NCBI RefSeq assembly: GCF_009914755.1 | Contig: NC_060926.1 | Direction: 5' to 3' (one strand) | Length of the DNA: 64,000 nucleotides | Source of the DNA: the human T2T-CHM13v2.0 reference genome, Homo sapiens | Shown: in pieces, positions 1 to 30,480 of the stretch | How positions within the stretch are numbered: position 1 is the stretch's first letter | Layout of the letters: the number at the start of each line of letters is the position of its first letter | Notes under the pieces: model-generated | What the model was told of the DNA's origin: nothing | The model's input: only the letters and a program-made list of their open reading frames with translations | Database searches by the model: none | Program-made: the position numbers and the translations under genes

Positions 1-72
1 TGCAGTGAGCTATGATCATGCCTCTTCACTCCAGCCTGGGCAAAAGAGTGAGACCCTGTCTTATAAAAAATA
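1..72 (+). mobile_element. Alu 3' end (truncated by window edge)
   Basis: tgcagtgagc...cactccagcctgggc...gagaccctgtct plus A-tail. Confidence 0.85.
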
Positions 73-468
73 AGAATTAATGAATTTAGAAGGTCTTGAA
101 TTCCAAGTGGAAGCACCCAGAATTTGAGCCATAAACAACCAAAGGATAGCCTGATCTGAGCTGAGCTTAATTTATATGCTGAAAGTATGAGAGACTAGTA
201 GGGAAGAGACCAGAAATAAGGAGACTGCTAGAAGATTGTGCAACATCCCAGTTCATCCTCCACAAATGTGGAGGAAGCAGATACTAGCAGTGGTTACTAA
301 CTGTAAATTCTGGGATTGTAGAGACTGTGACCCATGCAGACAGCAAAGGCAGGGAGATGCAGCATGCAGCGCAGCATGGCACCGATACTGGCAGACACTT
401 TAGTAGACTTAGGGACTTTAACTGCAGAGAAAATGTGAGGTTGCACTAAGAACTGTGAATCAGCCCTA

Positions 469-867
<399 letters not shown>

Positions 868-1539
868 TCAATTTATTGGGAAAAAAAGAGCCCTTTGGAA
901 ACAAGGAGGAAGAAGAAGTGTCGGCAAAGAAGCATTAGGAGGTTCAGGGTCAAAGAAGACAAGGAAAGCTTTGGCAAGAAGGGCAGATGGGGTGCAGAAT
1001 TATGCTTCAATTCCAGAAAGGAAAGCACTGGGGTAGATACAAGGTTGGGGCTGGCAGAAGAGTAGCAGTTCAGAGATCATTAACACTTGATCCATTTAAT
1101 TTCCCAGGTAACCAAAGACACCATGGAATATAATCTGCCTCCACTAAAGTGTACCTTTTGTACAATAAGGCAAAGAAAAAATAAGTACACACCTAAGCTC
1201 TAGACTTTTGTTCTATCCTCTCTGCATTTTCGGTGTGGATGAATACAACTTGGGAAGAAAGGAAAGAAGAACCAGCAGTTTTAAGCACTTACTATTTGCT
1301 CTGCAAAGTGTATTCATCAACATTGTTGCTTTCAATCTTAAAGCATGGATTGGAGACAGGCAGTATTACCCACACTTCATAGATGCAGAAATTAAATCTC
1401 AGGCTAAGGAGGAAGGAAAAGGGAGTTCACCAAATAAGCAGGAGCCTACCTGAAGCCTGATGCATCTGGTCCTAGAGCCAACCTTCCATTTCCCCCCAGC
1501 CCCCACCTGTTTAAGCTTCGAGGCCAGTGGGAGGAGGGA

Positions 1540-1945
1540 GGGGCCAGGCAGCTGAGGGCCAGGAAAGATGTGAAAAACTCTAGCTGGTGACCGAGAGGAG
1601 GAGTAGAGTGTGCCCTTAGTTCATATGAACTAGAGGGAGTTGGTATTTGCACAGCAGTCAGGGTCACATGAGTGATCATGGTACAGTGAGAAGTTCTCCC
1701 TCCCAGGGCCAGGTCACAGGGTTTGTTTCTGTTCAATCCGGATTCTTCCAGTAAAAGCTTCAACTTCCCACACTGAAGCTGAGAGCCTCCCAAAGTGCTG
1801 GCTACCTGCTGAGCGCCCCCGTAACTCTGACACAGTAGTAATTTGAGCCTCTGCAATTGCCGTCTGCTTCCTGTGAAAGTCCTTTCCGTGCCCACTGACC
1901 CTTGAGTGGGCCTTTGAGCTGCTGACTTTCAGCTGGAACTTGAAG
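1540..1945 (+). other. SULT1C2: Probable non-coding exon 1 of SULT1C2 (5' end approximate)
   Basis: Strong donor GAAG|GTAAGA after 1945; exon 2 has an acceptor 21 nt upstream of the ATG, so an upstream non-coding exon is required. The TSS cannot be fixed from sequence alone. Confidence 0.65.
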
Positions 1946-3099
1946 GTAAGAATATGGCTTAAAAGAAATTCTGTACCTAACTCGTTAATTTATTTTTTAA
2001 CCTTTAGCCACATAGGTGTGGCTTTACAGATGCATTTATTCAAACCAGAAAAGATCCTAAGAATCTGATAAAATAATATAAAAGAGTTTTGTTAACAGCC
2101 TCCAGCCTAAAAATTCAGACCTAGAAATTCAGGACCCCCCTCAAATCACCTCCAAAAGCTCTCTCTCCTGTAATACTATCTCTGTCTCCCACCCTGATCT
2201 TTTCCCAAATACCCTCCCTGTCCCATCCTCCTCCAGGGCCAGCTCAACTTCTCTGGCCAAGACTATTTCTTCTTCCATGACAGCCCTCCTCTTATGCCAG
2301 CCATTGACTAAGACACATGCTGGGCCTGCAAGGGGACTGAACCAGATCCTGTGCTCCAAGGGTCCAGACTTATAAGCAAGTAATTGTAGGACGTGGAGTA
2401 AGACCTATAAAATTTGCACACAAAATACTATAGGATCCCATGGAAAGGAGTGATTACTTCTGTTTACAGAGTCAGGGATGCCTCCACAAAGGAGGCCATA
2501 GTGATCTGGCCTGATATGATGAAAATGTCCCTGCTGGCTGCTCAAGGGGAAATGTATGTGTCTACATGCCTGACTCTCCAAGGGCAGGAACCATGTGCTG
2601 ATGTGGCCCAGCAATGAGGGGCCTGGGGAGGGTGAGAAGGACTTGGGACTTCTCCTGTGGGAACTGGCAGATCCCTCTGCTCCCACTGCACTACCCAGCT
2701 GCCTCAATCTCTTGCTGCATCTCCTTCTCCCAGCTTTAGCCAGGTTCTATCACTCCCCGTGCAGGCCTCCAACAAGAGCAATACAGTGGGATCCATAGTT
2801 CACTGGACAGCCAAGCCCTTAACCGCCCTGGTACTCAGCAGCAGCAGGTGCCCTTCCACACATGTTCACAGCTGTGCCCAGGCCCTCGGTCATCAGCTAC
2901 CTGCCCAGAGCACGACGCCTACCACAGAGTTGGTCAATGTGTTGCGTGGATTATTCTCAGGGCATTAGTTCAAGGCCAGAGCCCTAAGCTCACATGTACA
3001 CCTGCCTACAGGTGTACATTGGGAAGTCCCATAAATACATCAGACTCAACCCCAGAATTGGACTCACCATCCCCTCACCCCCACCCTATGGAGGACCTT

Positions 3100-4355
3100 C
3101 TCACTGTGTCCTTACATGGTCTTTCCTCCATGTGCACACATCCCTGGTGTTGCCTTGTGTGTCCTAATCTCCTCTCATTACAAGGATACCAGATTGGAAT
3201 AGGTCTCATCCTAGCAGCCTCATTTTAACTTAATCACCTATTTAAAGACATTATCTCCAAATACAGCCACATGCTAATATACTATGAATTAGGACTTCAA
3301 CATATGAACTTAGAGAGACACAATTCAAACCACGATAATGTCCGTCTTAGTCCATTTTATGTTGCTATAACAAAATACCTGAGGCTGGGTAATTTATAAA
3401 TATAAGAGGTTTATTTTGAATCATGATTCTGGTGGCTGAAAAGTCCAAGAGCATGGTGCTGGCATCTGCTCAGCTTCTCGTGAGGGCCATGCTGCATCAA
3501 GACATGGTGAAGAAATAGAAAGGCAAGCAGGCATGTATAAAGGGACCAAACTCACCCACTTCTGGGAGATGGCATTAATCTACTCATGTGGAATCCACCC
3601 TTATGGCCCAAACACCTCTCACAAGACCCCGTGTCCTAGCACTGCCACACTGGCAGTTAAACTTCAACAGAGAGTTTTGGTGGGGACTAACCACATCCAA
3701 ACCACAGCAGTATCCAAAAAGTGTTTTGTAGTTTTATGTTTATATATATGTATACTTTTTGTTCATAACTATGTATAAATAGTTTTCTATCACTATCACT
3801 GCCATAACAAATTATCAAAAATTTAGCAGCTTAAGACAATACAAGTTTATTATCTCACACCTCTGTAAGTCAGAAGTCCAAACAGGTGTCTCTGGGTAAA
3901 ATCAAGGTGTTGGCAGGGCTGCGTTCCCTTCTGGAGGGTCTGAAGAAGAATCCCTTCCAAGCTCATTCTGGTTGTTGGCAGAATTCAGATTCATGTGGCT
4001 GTAGGATGGAGGTCCCATTTGCTTGTTGGCTGAGGTTCATTCTCAGCTTCTGGAGGTCATGCCTTGTCTTGTGTTCCCCTTTGTCTCTAAGCCATCAATG
4101 GCAAGTTGAGTCATTCTCATGCTTCCAAACTCTCCAGCCACTTCTTCTGCCACACGACTCTCTGACTGCTCTTCTACACCCTTGTCCACTTTTAAGTGCC
4201 CTTGTGGTCACATTAGACCCACCGGGATAATACAGGACATGCTCATTGCCTTAAGGTTCTTAACCTAAATTCCATCTGCAAAGCCCTTTGCCACACAATG
4301 TAATGTATTAGGAATTAGGACGTGGACATCTTTAGGGCCATTATTCTGCCTACAA
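3100..4355 (-). mobile_element. Cluster of MaLR LTRs (MLT1 fragment ~3100-3335, MST ~3340-3710, MLT1 ~3785-4355)
   Basis: Typical MaLR motifs: cttagtccattttatgttgctataacaaaatacctgaggctgggtaatttata; aaatcaaggtgttggcagggctgcgttccc; gacatctttagggccattattctgcctac. Confidence 0.75.
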
Positions 4356-5267
4356 CAATATACATTTGAAAAAGACAGATAGAAATACATCAAAATAATA
4401 ACAACTCTTGTGTGATAGATGTTTTCCTTGTACATTTGGACTGTTTCCAAAGTTTCTGCAATGTATAACTTTAAATTCACAATAAAAAAAAACAAGAGGC
4501 AATTTTTAAAGAAGGAACATAGGATTCGTATACAGATGTTGGCTGCGATCCTGGGCAAGTTATTGATCGTGTGACTCTCAGCTTCCTCACATTTATGAGG
4601 GTGATAATTATTCCTTCCTAATAAAATTGTCATATGAATTAAGAAAGAAAAAGAAAAGTCCACGAAGGACCTAACATAGAAGGCCTGCAAGAAATGTTTG
4701 TTCTTATCCCTCCTCTCCTGAATTTGATCATACCATTATCTCAGGAGTACTGTCCAAACTCCACCTTCTTTGATGTATTATAAATACAACTGCTTCTCAT
4801 ATTTGAAAATTTTCATAAATAATTTGTCTTTCGTTTTCCAAAAATTGTCTTCATCTTAAAGGGCTCAGCTCAATCTGGAAGCAGAAGCCACCATGAAAAC
4901 TGCCCTCACTAATCTGGGCACCTAGTTTTCTCATCCATTCCATGAAGCAGCTGGGCCAGATTATTTTATTCAACCTCTAGCAAGCATGTACTGTTACATT
5001 TTCTGTAAGGACCCTTTCAGCTCCGAAGTTCTATCACTCATTTTCAGCAAAAGTTAAAATAAATTAATGTATACAAGGCCTCAGCCCAGCGTTGGCAAAT
5101 TGACGTGTTCGATAAATGTTAGCTTTTAACTACTATTTCATTAGTAGTAGTAGTAATAAATGTCTTCTGGAACCCCAGTAGCCAGTTATCCTTGAGTAAC
5201 AGTGATTTACATCTTCTGCTTTCTCCTTTTGGTGCATTTAAAAGTCTTCCCTCAATACAACAATGAC

Positions 5268-5268
<1 letters not shown>

Positions 5269-5311
<43 letters not shown>
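5269..5311. repeat. (CA)n microsatellite
   Basis: About 21 AC units seen directly. Confidence 0.95.
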
Positions 5312-6492
<1,181 letters not shown>

Positions 6493-6536
6493 TCTCCTCT
6501 ATTCTTTTCCCATAGGGACCCCAACCCTGAGACACT

Positions 6537-21364
<14,828 letters not shown>

Positions 21365-21374
21365 GCAAGATGTA

Positions 21375-21386
21375 AATAAAATTAAA
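21375..21386 (+). terminator. Proximal polyadenylation signal(s) AATAAA/ATTAAA
   Basis: AATAAA 21375-21380 followed directly by ATTAAA, 10 nt after the stop codon. Confidence 0.4.
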
Positions 21387-22787
21387 AGGTGGATGGCAAG
21401 AGTGCAAATACTATCTTCAATCCTTCAGTCCCAGCCAGAAGAATCTCTGAAAGCATATTGTGAATGTATACAATGTAGTACAAACAATCTCTGTGATGAT
21501 TAACAGTATGTCACCACTTCATTTTTTAAAAAGGATCACGTCTAATGCCCATTTTCCCAACTATTCTTTCCAAAGTAAGATATAAGGTAGCTTAATAAAC
21601 TAAGTAAAACGTATGACTTGAGTACAAAAGGATTGTTTTAATCCCCATTATTCTGGAAAGTGCATCCTAGTCTCCCAGTCTATAACATCATAATACCTTG
21701 AGTATAAGTCCAAATATTAGGTTATATCTATATTAAAAACAAAATTTCTGTCATCTGTCCTGGCCATTCAGGCAACTCCAGCCTGGGCTCAATCCTGGAG
21801 TTCTGTCTGGTCACTATCAGAAGGAACACTTTGAGGGAAACCCTGGTGCAGCCAGCCCTGAGGAAACATGGCCTGAGTGCCCTCACTGGTGGGTGGGAAT
21901 AAAATGGAAGTGCACAGAGGAGATGTCAGAAGACCAAAACTTGGTGAATAGTCCCAGTGCTAGGTCATATAGGAAACAGAAAGCATGACAGTGGCCTTTT
22001 GGGAACCCAAGTTACATCCTGGTGAAAGCAGAAAGGAGGAGACAGGATGGCTGTCAACAACGTCAGCATGGGCATGGCTCCCAGGCATGGAGGTAATTGG
22101 GTCTTGGCTTCAATGCCACCCTTTTGGGAAGCCCTAAACCAAGTGAGGTGTTCTTTTCCCTTGCTTCCCATATTTGTCCCAGTTGCAGCCCTGTTGTTAT
22201 GTATTTACTCTTCAATTTCTTATCTATACCCTCACTCAATTGTTAATTCTTTGGGTTCAGTCTCATGCCATATTTACTCCTAGTACCTAATGCAGTGCCT
22301 GGCACACAGCAAGTGCCCTTGAGAACTTGTAGAGGGAGTAAAAAAGTGCATGGATAAATGACTGCAGCAAATCACAAATTTTGAACTTTGACCCTTTTCT
22401 TTTAGTCCCAAATAGTGGCATTCCATAGCTGAGGGTAGTAGGAGCAGTTCACCCTGGGAGCAGACAATAAGAGGAAGAATGAAGCCAACTAAAATTCTGA
22501 ATGCTTTTTGTTGGATTTCGTAGGGTATTTTTTTTAAAATAGGGTCTTGCTATGTTGCCCAGGCTGGTCTTAACTGACTGCTTTTTATTATTACCATGCA
22601 CTGGCAATTCCAAACAATGTCAGTGTTAAAATGCTTCTCCCTGAAAAAGAGAAAAAAAAAAGGAAAAAAAGAAAAGAAAAGTGAAAAGAAAAACTCTTAT
22701 TGGCCTAAGTTCTAAATAATAGCTAGGTTACCACTGAGTTTTAACTATATGTATATGAGCTTCAAATAAGCACCTTTTTATTATGTA

Positions 22788-22850
22788 AATAAATAAAAGT
22801 TATCTGTATCCCCACTGCATTGTAAAATTTTTGTTGTTTTGTTTCATGTC
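22788..22850 (+). terminator. Distal polyadenylation signal of SULT1C2
   Basis: Overlapping AATAAATAAA 22788-22797 preceded by TGTA and followed by a GT/T-rich element ttttgttgttttgttt. Confidence 0.6.
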
Positions 22851-23550
22851 TTATTCACCTTTGTATGGAAATTAATTCAGAAACCCCAAGCATAGAGTCT
22901 ACCTCTTTAATTCCAGCAGGCAGATGTAGTTCTGCCTGCTTCCTTCCAAGGTTAAGTTCATAACAGTTCAGAATCTTGCAAGCTCACTTCAGGTATAACC
23001 TGTGTCTCCAACCCTGCAGTATTTGGATATTGCTGTTTAAACAGTAGATTTGGCATAGATGATGGTGGCACAATGGTTGTAAAGGAAAAGAAGCAGAACA
23101 CCTCAGTTTGTTCAATTCTCTCATTGGGGTTTTCAGTTGTATCCAGAATTTAAAACAGTAAAATTTAAGAGTGTGAACAGCAACATTCACACTTTGTTTA
23201 GTAAGTACAAAGTTGTGCTCATACAGGAAGTTTACTGACTTTGAATAATAACTTTAAAAACAAAATTTACTCTTTTCTAAGTGTTAATTATTTGTTTTAA
23301 AATTTAAGAATGAATCAAGAAATAAAACATTACACCAGTGGTATGATTTAGTAATTGTCTGACTTATACTTTTTGTAGACATTTTAGTTTTATTTAAATT
23401 GGCATTCTGATTTTTTTACTGGTCTTGAGTCTATACACAAAAGTTGAATAAAAGAAAAGTTTCACTGACTACATTTCTTTACTATTATTATTACTTGTCT
23501 CTATTCATGATCAACACTGAAAATAATTTTGTTGTATACGGAAGTAATGT

Positions 23551-25953
23551 TGATATGGTTAGGCTGTGTCCCCACCCAAATTTCATCTTGAATTGTAGCT
23601 CCTATAATTCCCTCATGTTGTGGGAGGGACCCCGTGGGAGATCATTGAATCATTGAGGTGGTTTTCCCCATACTGTTCTCATGGTAGTGAATAAGATGTG
23701 ATGATTTTATAAGGGGTTTCCTCTTTCACTTGGCTCTCATTATCTCTTGTCTGTCACCAGGTAAGACATGCCTTTTCACCTTCTGCCATGAATATGAGGC
23801 CTCCTCAGCCACATGGAACTGTAAGTCCATTAAACCTCTTTTTCTTTATAATTTACCCAGTCTTGGGTATGTCTTTATCAGCAGTGTGAAAATAGACTAA
23901 TAAAGTAAACTGATACTGGTAGAGTGGGGTGCTGCCATAAAGATACCCAAAAATGTGGAAGTTGCTTTGGAACTTGGTAACAGGCAGAGGTTGGAACAGT
24001 TTGGAGGGCTCAGAAGAAGACAGGAAAATGTGGGAAAGTTTGGGACTTCCCAGAGACTTGTTGAATGGCTTTGACCAAAGTGCTTATAATAATATGGACA
24101 ATGAAATCCATGCTGAGGTGGTCTCAGATGGAGATGAGGAACTTGTTGGGAACTGGAGTAAAGGTGACCCTTGCTATGTTTTAGGAAAGAGAATGGTGTC
24201 ATTTTTTCCATGCCCTAGAGATTTGTGGAACTTTGAACTTGAGGGAGATGATTTAGGGTATCTAGTGAAATAAATTTCTAAGCAGGAAAGCATTCAAGAG
24301 GTGACTTGGGTGCTGTTAAGAGCATTCCATTTTAAAAGGAAAACACAGCATAAAAGTTCAGAAAATTTGCAGCCTGACAATTCACTAGAAAAGAAAAACC
24401 CATTTTCTAGGGAGAATTTCAAACCAGCTACAGAAATTTGCGTAAATAACAAGGAGCCAAATCTTAATCACCAAGACAATGGGGAAAATATCTCCAGGCC
24501 ATGTCAGAGACCTTCATGGCAGCCCCTCCCATCATAGGCCCAGAGGCCTAGGAGGAAAAGATGGTTCCATGGGCTGGGCCCAGGGCCTTCCCTGCTGTGT
24601 GCACCCTAGGGACTTGGTGTCCTGTATCTCAGCCACTCCGGCCATGGCTGAAAGAGGCCAACGTAGAGCTCAGGCCATGGCTTCAGAGGGTGCAAGCCCC
24701 AAGCCTTGGCAGCTTCCATGTGGCATTGAGCCTGCAGGTGCATGGAAGTCAATAACTGAGGTTTGGGAACCTCCACCTAGATTTCAGAGGATGTATGGAA
24801 ATGCCTGGATGTCCAGGCAGAAGTTTGCTGCAGGGGAGGGCTCCTCATGGAGAACCACCTCTAGGCCAGTGCAGAAGAGAAATGTGGGGTTGAAGCCCCC
24901 ACAAAGAGTCCCCACTGGGACACTGCCTAGTGGAACCATGAGAAGAGGGCCACCATCCTCCAGACCCTAGAATGGTAGGTCCACCGACAGCTTGCACAGT
25001 GCACCTGGAAAAACCACAGGAACTCAATGTCAGCCTGTGAAAGCAGCCTGGAGGGAGGCTGTACCCTGCAAAGCCAAAGGGGCAGAGCTGCCCAAGACCA
25101 CGGGAACCCACCTCTTGCATCAGAGTGACCTGGATGTGAACATGTAGTCAAAGGAGACCATTTTGGAGCTTTAAGATTTGACTGCCCCACTGGATTTCAG
25201 ACTTGCATGCAGCCTATAGCCCCTTTGTTTTAGCCAATTTCTCCAATTTGGAATGGCTATATTTACCCAATGCCTGTACCCCTACTGTAGCTAGGAAGTA
25301 ACTAACTTGCTTTTGATTTTAAGGCTCATGGGTGAAAGGTACTTGCCTTGTCTCAGATGAGGCTTTGGACTATGGACTTTTGAGTTAATGCTGAAATGAG
25401 TTAAGACTTTGGGGAACTGTTGGGAAGGCATGATTGGTTTTGAAATGTGAGGACATGAGATATGGGAGGGGGCAGGGGAGGAATGATATGGTTTGGCTGT
25501 GTCCTCACATAAATCTCACCTTGAATTGTAGCTCCCATAATTCCCACGTGTTGGGGGGAGGGGACTGGTGGGAGATAATTGAATCATGGTGCAGTTCCCC
25601 CATACCATTCTCTTGGTAGTGAATATGCCTCATGAGATCTGATGATTTTATTAGGGGTTTCCCCTTTCAATTGGCTCTCATTTTCTCTTGTCTGCTGCCA
25701 CGTAAGACATGCCTTTCACCTTCCACCATGCTTGTGAATCCTCCCGCCTCAGTTTCCCAAAGCACTGGGATTACAGGCATGAGCCACTGTGCCTGGTCTT
25801 TTTCATTTTAATTGCAGACACAGTTCTTTAGTACTTGCATGCTTGTGAGGCCTCCAAAGCCATGTGGAAATGTAAGTCCATTGAACTCTTTTCTTTATAA
25901 TTTACCCAGTCTTGGGTATGTCTTTATCAGCAGCATGAAAATGGACTAATATA
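23551..25953 (+). mobile_element. Complete THE1 MaLR element (5' LTR 23551-23904, internal region, 3' LTR 25484-25953)
   Basis: Two LTRs starting tgatatggtt(a/t)ggctgtgtcc and ending gactaata; internal gtggtctcagatggagatgaggaacttgttgggaactgg; purine tract before the 3' LTR. Confidence 0.92.
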
Positions 25954-26034
25954 AAGATAGTTAAAAAAAAAAAAAAAACATTCACTCCAGGGTCAGCTAT
26001 GATCCCAAATGATAAAATGAGTTCTGACTTTTAA

Positions 26035-26082
26035 TTGGTTGGTTGGTTGGTGGGTTGGTGGTTGGTTGGTTGATTGGTTGGT
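26035..26082. repeat. (GGTT)n simple repeat
   Basis: Seen directly. Confidence 0.85.
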
Positions 26083-26084
26083 CC

Positions 26085-26554
26085 TGTTAAAGAAAAAATT
26101 ATTCAATGACACTTATTAAAGCACAGTAGGGCAGATTTTAGTCAGGACCATCTCCATAGGTGTAGGGACCATGGCAATGGAGTCTGGCAGTGGAAGAGAT
26201 TGTGTTCGACTCTTAATATAACGTGGGCAAGTGGGAATTTATAGCCATGCAGAAGGGTGGAGAAGGAGGGATAGAAAATCCCTAAGAGGAAACATCATCG
26301 GTAAGGAAAGGGATGGGTTCTGGCTACAGTGATCCAACAGGATTCTTGCTAAAGATAGGCCAGGGTGATTAGATATTACCTGGGTGGTGGTGGAGGATGA
26401 AGAACCTGATCAGATGTTGGGGGTAGGGAGTTCCTGCTATATTGACTTAATAGTTTTCTTGCAAAAACTGGATTTTTCAAAGAATTACACAGAGGGGTAT
26501 AGGAGATATGTTAAGAACCTTACTAAAGTTTGGTCAAGAAAATAATCTTTGTCA
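26085..26554 (-). mobile_element. Solo LTR, MER31-like
   Basis: Reverse strand starts tgacaaagattattttcttgaccaaactttag and ends ...taaca. Confidence 0.65.
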
Positions 26555-27782
26555 TTTGGTTTAAACTCTTTCTGCTTCCTTTTCTTCACTAGCTAGGACC
26601 TAAACATGCCGACTTTGAGGTTTAGTATTTCAAAGAGCTTTGAAGTTTAATGCTGTGAGATTACATGGGACTGTGAGTTTTTCAAACACCCACAAATCAC
26701 ATTTAAATTCAGGCTTCCAACAACCAGTAGAAACTACATGGCAACTGGAACACGTTAGAATCAGGGTCAAGAATGAAAAGCCACCATGATGGTAAAGCAC
26801 AGTGTTTTGCAACTCGACCAGTTGTCCACAACTCAAGCAAGGAGGGACCAATCTAACAAGAACAGAGATGCAAGAAATAGAACTAGCCCCAGGAAATTCA
26901 GTATTCAAGCTAAGATGCAAAGAGCCCTAGCACACCCTCTCCCCACATATACCTGCACCATAAGTATGTACCAACAGCTAAAAAGAAATGATTTTATGTT
27001 TCTTTCCTCTTAAGAGTTACAGCCATTCTTCATTCAGTCATTCATTCATTCTCAATAGTACACGTACTATGTGCCAGGTACTGTGTGAATGATGGGGATA
27101 CAGTGGTGAGCAAAGCCCTTCCCCTATGGATTTCATGGTCTAGCATGTGAAGCAAAAGTCCACTAAGTCGTGACACATGTCACCAACCGAGGAGAGTGCC
27201 ATGTGAGATGGTTTCAGGCTTCGAGAGGCCAGAGCAGATCAGCTGAGACTGGGGCCTGAGGCACAGCTTTCCTGAGAGGACATGGTCCTTCCTAGGTGTG
27301 AAGCATGTGCTGGCTTTAACTAGGCAAGAGACTGGGCAGAGAGAAGGAGACCCAGGAGCAGGCTTGGTGAGGCGGGCCTGTCTCAGGGCAAGAAGGAAGG
27401 GCTATGAGGGGAAGAGCTACAAGCTCAGGGAGAACTGACAAAATGGGGCCCCAAAGAGAGCCGGGCATGTCACATGGGGCCTTGATGGTCATGGCAGAAT
27501 GTTAGACTTTATCCTAGGAGCATCAGGAAGCCCCTGCAGGCTCCAAGAAAGATGGTGAAACACTCAGACTACCATGTCAATATGTCTACTGTGTCTGTGC
27601 CATACACACAGCACAAGGGTGGGAGCCACACTGTTCCAGTTGAGAGGGCTGGGAATTGTTCATGGGTGTGGAGACTTCCAGGGTTAAGGGTTAAGGGAAC
27701 CTCCTCCCTCAGCCTCTCACACCTGGTTACAAAAGCAGGAAGTAGAATTTCAGGTTGACCAGCAGGATACTCACTCCTTATT

Positions 27783-28099
<317 letters not shown>

Positions 28100-28474
28100 T
28101 AATTGCAGACACGGTTCTTTAGTGCCTAGTATACTCTTTAAGTACCACTGGAGATTCATGACAAGAGGAAGAGTAATAGGAAAAGATTAAGATGACCAAG
28201 TCTCAGATCAGCAAGCAAACTATCAGAGATTCACAGATCTCTCTGAAAAGAAAAATGTGGCCTGAGACATTTAACAGATTCTCTATCAGGAGTGTTTCTC
28301 ATATGCAGCAATATATCTGACCCAAAGGACACAATTTAGTTAATGTCTTAATAATACAGAAGTAGACTCACCCAAGCAGGTTGCTGCAAGTCAGAGATCT
28401 CAGAGATTAGCCCAATGCTGGTCAGGTTGTCAAGTGTTTGTCAGAGTGACTGGTGTGGTATTCTCCACTCTGCC

Positions 28475-29137
28475 TGTGGCAGGCCAGGTCTCATTAACAG
28501 CTGAAGAGGCAGGCCTCCATAACAACTGTTTCAGCACTGACTGAGTGGTTAAATATTAAAAGCTGAAAGAACCAGTGCCCTTATACAAAGGCTGGAATGT
28601 AACAAAAGCCCACAAAGAGTTTTGCCTGGGCCTTTCCTGGGCCTTGACAGGAATGACAAATAATGAAGGAATTCTTAACAGGACCCATAAAGATTAAACA
28701 AGTTTTTATTGGGGGTCTAAAGAAACTCCCCAGACCTCCACAAACAAGTTTTATTGTGGGTCTAAAGGAACTCCATAAACCTCCATAATTTAGCAGGAGA
28801 CAAGATAAGGGTAATTACCCTAGCACCTGGACCCATCTAGATTAAGTAAATTTACTGAGGCTCCAGAGGAAGGTCTTCAAAACTCAGACCGTAACTATAG
28901 ATTAGAAGACGTTAATCACTTATGTCTTTGGATGAATACACACTTAAATGTAAACATATAGCTTAGAAGGTATATAATCCCTGAAAAACTGTAATTTTGA
29001 GCTGATCTGGCAATATTTTCCAGGCCTTCACCTTGTACCCAGTTACAGAATTAAACTCTCTTCTTTCCTAGTTCATCTGCATCTCGTTACTGGGCCGTGA
29101 GAATAAGCAGCCTGACCCTCGGTTTGGTCTGGGAACA
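28475..29137 (+). mobile_element. Solo ERV1-class LTR
   Basis: TG...CA termini with 4-bp TSD TGCC (28471-28474 / 29138-29141); TATA-like ggtatataa ~28970; ATTAAA ~29050; internal ~45-bp duplication. Confidence 0.82.
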
Positions 29138-29439
29138 TGCCTAGTCAAGGGCATCAATAGGGTCACAGAATAGAGATTGGTCTGTGGCCATTCAGCCTTG
29201 CCCTTTCCTGCCTCTCTTCACCCAGCCACACCTTTCCCTCTCCTTCTTCCCACCTCTCCCACTCATCAAAGGACGAGCTGGCCAATCATTTCGAAACGGG
29301 GAATACTAAAAACACAGGGGAAGTGCAGATAACTTCTAGCATTTCCTGTCCCCTCAAGAGGATACTTAACATAGATTTTCAACAAAAGAATACCATGGCC
29401 TAACTATGTGAGGTATTAATGAAGGTCAATTTATAAAAA

Positions 29440-30480
29440 AGAAGGAGGAAAGCTGTGCTTGCTTTCTCAGCAGGGAAGCCTATGGACTGAGCCAGGTCTG
29501 AGTTCTGTGCACAGGCTGCCTGGATCTAAACTAGGCGCTGTTAGCAGTGCGCTGCAGGAGTGAGACTGACCTCACCAACTGTGTAGGAGCTGGGTGAGGC
29601 CTCTCGCTACCGGCTATCCCCCACTCCCCCGACGAATTCTGCTGCACAGCAGAGAAAGCCATACTCCCCTCTGGATCATAATCCCATTAGCCTGAGAACC
29701 ACCCCTGCATCCCCCACAGTGGCCGCGGCAAGCCCCGCCCAAAAGCTCAGACCCGCCTAACCCTGCCCCTAACCGATGGTATTTCTCTACTGGCCCTGGT
29801 AGCATAACACAAAAGACATAAACTCTTGGGAGCTTTATGGTCCCACCCATCAGCTGAGAACAAGAATACTTACCCTGGTCAACTTAGAGCAAGCTTATGT
29901 CCCACTACTACTACTGCAGCAGGAGCTCTCTTGCAAATTCCACCTCAGGGCTGGAAGCCATTCAACTCAGACCATTACAGCAACCCTTGGCAGAAAAACA
30001 CTGCTGCCAGGAAGAAGAAAACAACAGCTAACACCACTGCCTGCAACACCCTGGTCCTGAGTCTGCCCACGTGACAACTTCACTGCTAGCATAACCAACA
30101 TTTGAGAAAGCCTGCACACTAAACGTATTCTACAGCCAAGGAATCTCAGAGTCTACATCACTTCCCTGCCACTTCCACCCCTGCAGGTGCTGGTATCCAC
30201 TGCTGGGAGACCTCAATATGGGTCGCATCACGGGACTCTTTGTAGATATTCCCCAGCACCAGACAAGAGCCTGGTAGCCCCGCTGAGTGGCTAGACCCAG
30301 AAGAGCAGTAATAATCACTGAAGTCCAGCTCTCAGGGGAAGGGGGAGAACACCACATCAAGTGATCTCCTCATGGGACAAAAGAATCTGCACAGCAGGCC
30401 TTGAGTTCCAGATCCTTCTGCTGGTGGGAAGTTTCTCACATCAGAGACACAGCTGCAGTGCTGGGCACAACAGGTAAAGT
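29440..30480 (+). mobile_element. L1 5' UTR fragment (L1PB/L1M-like)
   Basis: ctagacccagaagagcagtaataatcactg...gggggagaacaccacatcaag...gggacaaaagaatctg resembles older L1 5' UTRs; boundaries approximate. Confidence 0.6.

Noticed and set aside
1700-2001. Nuclear-receptor DR3-like AGGTCAcagGGTTTG and HNF1-like GTTAAT motifs near exon 1
   Set aside because: Imperfect matches of a kind expected by chance; not supportable without data
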